DNA of 64,000 nt. Source: Craspedostauros australis. Taxonomy: Eukaryota. The position numbers and the translations under genes were made by a program. The DNA lies in contig JALAGF010005488.1 in NCBI GenBank assembly GCA_030167865.1, positions 1 to 64,000 on the forward strand, in the 5' to 3' direction. Every line of letters starts with the position of its first letter. Positions within the stretch are counted from its first letter, which is position 1. Shown in pieces: positions 59,224 to 64,000 of this stretch. The notes under the pieces were generated by a model, which saw nothing but the letters and a program-made list of their open reading frames with translations, was not told where the DNA came from and ran no database searches.

Positions 59224-61659
59224 TCATCCCAACAGCACGTCCCGCAAATCTGATGCACCCACAACACTGTCGAATTGGAAGTTCCCGCGAAGTATTTCAT
59301 CAAGACGTCCTGCAAGTGGTTCGCCGAACTTTTTCTTTCCCCGACCGCCATCACCGCCAACCTCATGGACCATCTTTTCCCCGCGAGTTCGATTTGCGCT
59401 TCCGGCAACGTTGCGCCTGATTGCTCGTCCTCGTTTGCGTGGGTTGGTGGTTTCTGGCTTGTGGACAAGCGAGGCATCACGGGAGGGAGCATGCCCACCG
59501 TCTGATTGAGCCGTTCCTGTTTCTCCCCCGACCAGAATTGCGGAGGGCAATCTCCAAACAGCCCCAACGCGGATTGGTCGTCCACCTGGAAGCGGCTGGC
59601 TGGAAAGGACAATCTTTTGTGACTTGCGATCCCACGGCGAAAAAGTGCCTTCGAGGCTCTTCACGGAATTGGAAAACAGTGTGATTGAATCGCATGGCGT
59701 GGGCAAGGGATCATCGGTCGCGGATAGTTGACTTGCGAGTTCTGGTGACATTTCTCCACAGGTTTTTGGTGGCGGTTCTGTTACTGCCGATGGCGAAGAC
59801 GACATCGGCTGTGGTACAGGAAGCGTTGAAGTGTGCAAGTTCCTGTCTTCTGGTGATCCTGTCGTCACTCCCAAGACTGCCCCAGTGCGAACTATCTCGC
59901 AGTCAACACCACCACACGGCACCAAGCCAAACGTGTGCTGAAGCACCAAAGCAAGCAACGGCTTGTGTATTTTGCCGGTTGTTACCTCGAGCCCTGCACC
60001 GTAAACGCACACCTCCATCCAAATGGCGAGGAGGATTTTCGACCATCCTTCGCTTCTTCGCTCTCTGTCGATCCGCACGCCCAGAAGGCAGCTCTCGCCA
60101 CGCGTCGATGGTCCGTGTGTGCGTTTGTTGCTGCTATTGCCGCTGCTATTGCCGTCACTGCTTCCGGCGCGACTATTGCTGGCCTGCGGTGGCTTGTTGA
60201 CCATGAGCAGGAACCCAAAGTGCTTTGATTCATCTTCGTCGATCAGCACCATCTTCATCCCGTTCTTTCTTGGGTTTCGGTTGGGTTGAAGCCCGACTGT
60301 GACTTTGCGTGCCTTCTTGATACTCGCTGCATTCACGCTGTCGTTGTTGCAGCCACTATCCAAAGTGGGCGAAGGACAAGAGAACGTCCCAAGCTTCCAG
60401 TATGCTGTTTTGCCGCGACCGACGCGGGGCAGACACTCCCAGCGTCTGAAGTAAGGCTCATGGTCATCCCCGTCAGCCACAAGTGCGATCGTGCCATTTT
60501 GCTTCTGATCCTGGCCGTACTCCACGTGCCGCGCCATGTCCCATCTGCCAAGCTTTCCACAAGCAGCAACCAATAGATCTTTGGTCCCCTCGTGCAACCC
60601 CGCGCGATCATCCGGGTCGGCATCGTCGTTGTCGGCATCTGCCGTTCCATTTTGTTGCTGGTCCCAAATGGATACCGCCTGATCCACGTTACCCTGTCGG
60701 AGTACGGCTTGGATGACCAAGTGATATGTGACTCTGGTTGGCTGGACTTGGAAGTCTGTCTCCATTCGGTTCAAGAGGCACACGGCCGCGTCTCCTTGTT
60801 TGGCTTTCCCCAGCGCTGTCATAACTGCGAGGCATGTGACCGATGAGACGGCCGCTTTCGGCATCCGATCCAACACCTCGAGGCTCTCCCGCCATGCGCC
60901 GTTCTTCCCGCACGCAGCAATCGCAGCGTTGTAGCAGCCAATCATTGCAGAATCTTGATGCTCAGAATCTTCATTCCCATCGTTGACGCCGCCATCGACC
61001 CCAACCCGATCCATAGTTTCGGCCTCGCGCATCAAATTGATCGCGTCTTGAACTCGTCCATGCTTCCCCAAGATCGAGATCACAATCTGTCGACATTGGC
61101 TGGTGGGGTGCATGCGATACACCTGGAGGGCTTCGTCAGGACATCCCGCCTTGTTGCAAACATGCAGCGCTTGGACAAACGGCATGTCATATTTGGATGC
61201 AGGTGATGTTGGAAGCGTGGCAACATTCCCATGTTCATGTTCATGTTCGTCATCCCTGGATTTTTCCAGTGCATGCTCCACATTATGCTGCTGCTGCCCC
61301 TGTTGCTGTTGCTGACGATGAGAATAGTGGAACTCTCGAATGATGTCCATCACCCGATTCAAGTCCGCACCTTTCTTCCGGCTGCATGCTTGGATGCGCC
61401 GTGCCACGAGCCGTGGGTCGAGCCGGAGGCTGTCACTGCCTCCTCGCCGCTTGCCTTCAGATGGACCTGGTGGTGATTCTGATTCTGATGACGTCACAAA
61501 CAGTGAGGCATCATGTGAGTGCAAGTATCTGTATCTGAAAGATGGTTGGACCTGCTTGGCTGGCAATCCAACATGATGGAAAGATCGGCATGGAGCGATG
61601 GAGATGAGAGAGCACACTGCCGGCCAGACGATGAGAAGAAATCGAGTGTCAGTCTTCAT
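59224..61659 (-). CDS. Pentatricopeptide-repeat protein, probably plastid-targeted, with a GNAT-like C-terminal region
   Basis: Signal peptide ...IAPCRS-F; PPR motifs YNAAIAACGKNGAWRESLEVLDRM and TYHLVIQAVLRQGNVDQAV; single exon. Confidence 0.82.
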   Translation of the reverse strand: MKTDTRFLLIVWPAVCSLISIAPCRSFHHVGLPAKQVQPSFRYRYLHSHDASLFVTSSESESPPGPSEGKRRGGSDSLRLDPRLVARRIQACSRKKGADLNRVMDIIREFHYSHRQQQQQGQQQHNVEHALEKSRDDEHEHEHGNVATLPTSPASKYDMPFVQALHVCNKAGCPDEALQVYRMHPTSQCRQIVISILGKHGRVQDAINLMREAETMDRVGVDGGVNDGNEDSEHQDSAMIGCYNAAIAACGKNGAWRESLEVLDRMPKAAVSSVTCLAVMTALGKAKQGDAAVCLLNRMETDFQVQPTRVTYHLVIQAVLRQGNVDQAVSIWDQQQNGTADADNDDADPDDRAGLHEGTKDLLVAACGKLGRWDMARHVEYGQDQKQNGTIALVADGDDHEPYFRRWECLPRVGRGKTAYWKLGTFSCPSPTLDSGCNNDSVNAASIKKARKVTVGLQPNRNPRKNGMKMVLIDEDESKHFGFLLMVNKPPQASNSRAGSSDGNSSGNSSNKRTHGPSTRGESCLLGVRIDRERRSEGWSKILLAIWMEVCVYGAGLEVTTGKIHKPLLALVLQHTFGLVPCGGVDCEIVRTGAVLGVTTGSPEDRNLHTSTLPVPQPMSSSPSAVTEPPPKTCGEMSPELASQLSATDDPLPTPCDSITLFSNSVKSLEGTFSPWDRKSQKIVLSSQPLPGGRPIRVGAVWRLPSAILVGGETGTAQSDGGHAPSRDASLVHKPETTNPRKRGRAIRRNVAGSANRTRGEKMVHEVGGDGGRGKKKFGEPLAGRLDEILRGNFQFDSVVGASDLRDVLLG

Positions 61660-62375
61660 GGCAGGCTCATTCTTCTACAGTACGGTGTACTACGTAAAAT
61701 ATAATGGATCAGTAGTCGTACGATTCTAATTCGCGGTTTGATGTGACGGAGAGAGCTGCTGCAGTTGTTGCCTGATGCGGTTCGATACTGGCGTTGGTTG
61801 CCACGACGATGGCGACAACGACAGCGATCATTGGTTCGATTTCATTGATTTTGTCGATGTGTTTGTTTGGTCAGAATCGCTGCGCGAACACTTCGGATCT
61901 TTGGAGAGTTGGTGTGAATTTCCATTAACTTTCATAAATCTATTGGTCAACGGCAAAGGCAACAGATTGGTTCACGAACATCCAGTCACGATATGGCTTC
62001 ATTCCCGAACAGAGAGGCCATAGACTTACAAATACAATGTAGAGAGTATACTACACGCCCATGCGTTGTGAACATGCAGGATAACTCATGTCCACACTTC
62101 GTCCTCCTCCAGAGTACTCCATGTAACTATATTCCACCATTACCAACATGGAATACGGTTATTGTTGTATAATAGTTAGAGAGCGTGTGACTCAATTCGA
62201 GCAAAAAGGTCTGCTTTTGGTCGCCGCTGCTGCGGTATTGCTGCGTTATGAATTGTGCACGGCGGTGCGAGGTGTTATGCGTCATGCAAGTACTCCGATG
62301 CGTGATGTCTTCGCTTTCTCCTTCTGGTACCGATGCTGGTGCGTAGCGCGTGGCTGTTGATGGTTGGCGCAGAAC

Positions 62376-64000
62376 TTAAATGTCATCAGGACGGACACAG
62401 AAGTCAGTGCGGGATCCCATCTCTCCCATACATCCGGGGATACGGTCGCCCGAATCGCGCTGGTAACACTCGAGATCATCTTGACAGTCGCTATCGCGAT
62501 CGCAGTCTGTTGGAGTGTGTGGAGTTGAAGTTGGAGTGAAATAGGGATGGAAGGGGTCGTGGGTCAAGGGTTAGATCAGTTCGGTCGAACACATCAAGCG
62601 CATGTTGACATTGGATAGTTACACAAGTTGCATGGGGATGGACAGGAATGCATGCAGATGTGAAAAGGATGAGTTGGCACCTCGGTGACACAGCTTCTCC
62701 ACAAGTGCTGATGCTGGCACAGTACGCACCTCCAACACAGCGGCCCAACGGGAAAGCATCGCTTGGAGGGGAAGATCCCATGTCAACAATGTCGAGGAGT
62801 TCATCGAGGCTGGATGGTGCACAGAAGTCAGAGTTGCTGCCTGTTGGACCGTTGCATCCTGGAATCGGGTCACCAGCGCTGCGTTGGTAACAGGAAAGGT
62901 CCTCCGCACAGTCATCATCAGTGTCGCAGTCTGCATGAGTATCGTTGGAGAGAAGTGGATTGAGTTGAGGATGTCGAGGCGCGATATGGGTGCGTTCAAA
63001 TAGATGTGTACACATAATAGGAGTATACGAGAGCAGTGGAATGGGATGGAAGGTCGAGTGAGTGAGATGACGTGACATGACGTGGAGCGAAGCGAAGTAC
63101 GAGTACAGCAAAGATGAAGCAACATGGAGCACAACATCAAAGTTGGCACGATGCGAGATGGCACGAGACGAGGAACTTGAAATCAAAGGAATTTTGCGTG
63201 ATGGGGAAGCTGATGCTGGCTGCATCTCGTACCGCGAAATGCAGTAATACAAGTAACCTTCCCACACTTCGTATTATACGATGCAACTCACCTCCGTAGC
63301 ACAGTGAGAGAGGCTTGGCGCTGTCCGGTGGACTTGCTCCGAGGTCGGTAATCATGATCTCTATATCGAGCAGTGGTGGTGCACAGAAGTCCGAGTTGGA
63401 GCCAGTTGGCCCTTCGCACCCTTTGATTTCTTCACCGGCACTTCGTTGGTAGCATAGAAGATCGTCGGCGCAGTCCAAGTCAGAGTCGCAGTCTGTGGAA
63501 TGGTCGCAGGCGCGGGCGCAGTTGGAGTGTTTCGTTTTGTTTTTGGGTAAATCAGGAAATGAAAAGCATGGGATGAGCGTTACGTACCGAGTGAGGAGGA
63601 GCCAGTGGCATTAGAAGTTGAGAGATCAAGCCCAATCGAGCTGAAGGTGAACGCATACCAGCACTGCGGATGAGTGCAAACTCATTGCAATACCGCTATG
63701 CCTGTTGAGGTGCAGCGCCGTTGCGTTTCCAACCATGCCTTCTTCATCCTCGAGATCTGATAATCGCAGCCGACGCAGGGTGTAGTCATATTCAACACGC
63801 ACGAAGCAAATACATGATAATACATTGCAATCCGTGACATTACATAGCAACACTCGCATCACGCATGCGACGATTGACTTGTGGCAACTCACCTCCTTCG
63901 CATACTCCCAGCGGGAACCGGTCCTGTGGTGGGTTCGCCCCGAAGTCTTTGATTTCGATCAACGCGAACAGGTCGACATCGTCAGGGACGAGCAGGCCCG
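62376..64000 (-). CDS. Frustulin-like cell-wall protein with acidic cysteine-rich repeats, 5' end outside the window; exons >64000-63893, 63492-63292, 62930-62730, 62506-62376
   Basis: Splicing restores CEGDCD, CYGDCD and CVGDCD, each followed by DC..DL.CYQR......GC.G......DFC, matching the frustulin acr-domain consensus C(E/Q)GDCD. Confidence 0.88.

Overview
Eukaryotic nuclear DNA, most likely from a raphid pennate diatom. The assignment rests on a frustulin-type gene, a receptor-type cyclase-phosphodiesterase fusion, bipartite plastid presequences, and about 20 hand-mapped GT-AG introns of roughly 175-400 nt, many containing simple repeats. The window is gene dense, with 23 recognisable protein-coding loci often arranged head-to-head or tail-to-tail. 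Housekeeping genes include CCR4, DRG2, OGG1, ALDH12/P5CDH, a LIN-9/ALY-like DIRP protein, a TTL-domain protein, a PX-AGC kinase, two carrier-family proteins and an MFS transporter. No rRNA, tRNA, CRISPR array or recognisable transposon was found. Most interesting: (1) an intronless 1037-aa protein combining a TRPM-type SLOG (LSDAT)-like domain with two SLATT-like two-TM modules, an architecture described mainly from prokaryotic nucleotide-sensing conflict systems; (2) a frustulin-like gene built from 201-nt phase-1 exon cassettes; (3) a plastid-type PPR protein with a GNAT-like C-terminus; (4) a stop-free 3n intron in the LIN-9-like gene; (5) an N-riddled, 5'-truncated sugar-porter fragment at the window start. 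All calls come from manual motif recognition. No database searches were run, and start codons are best guesses.
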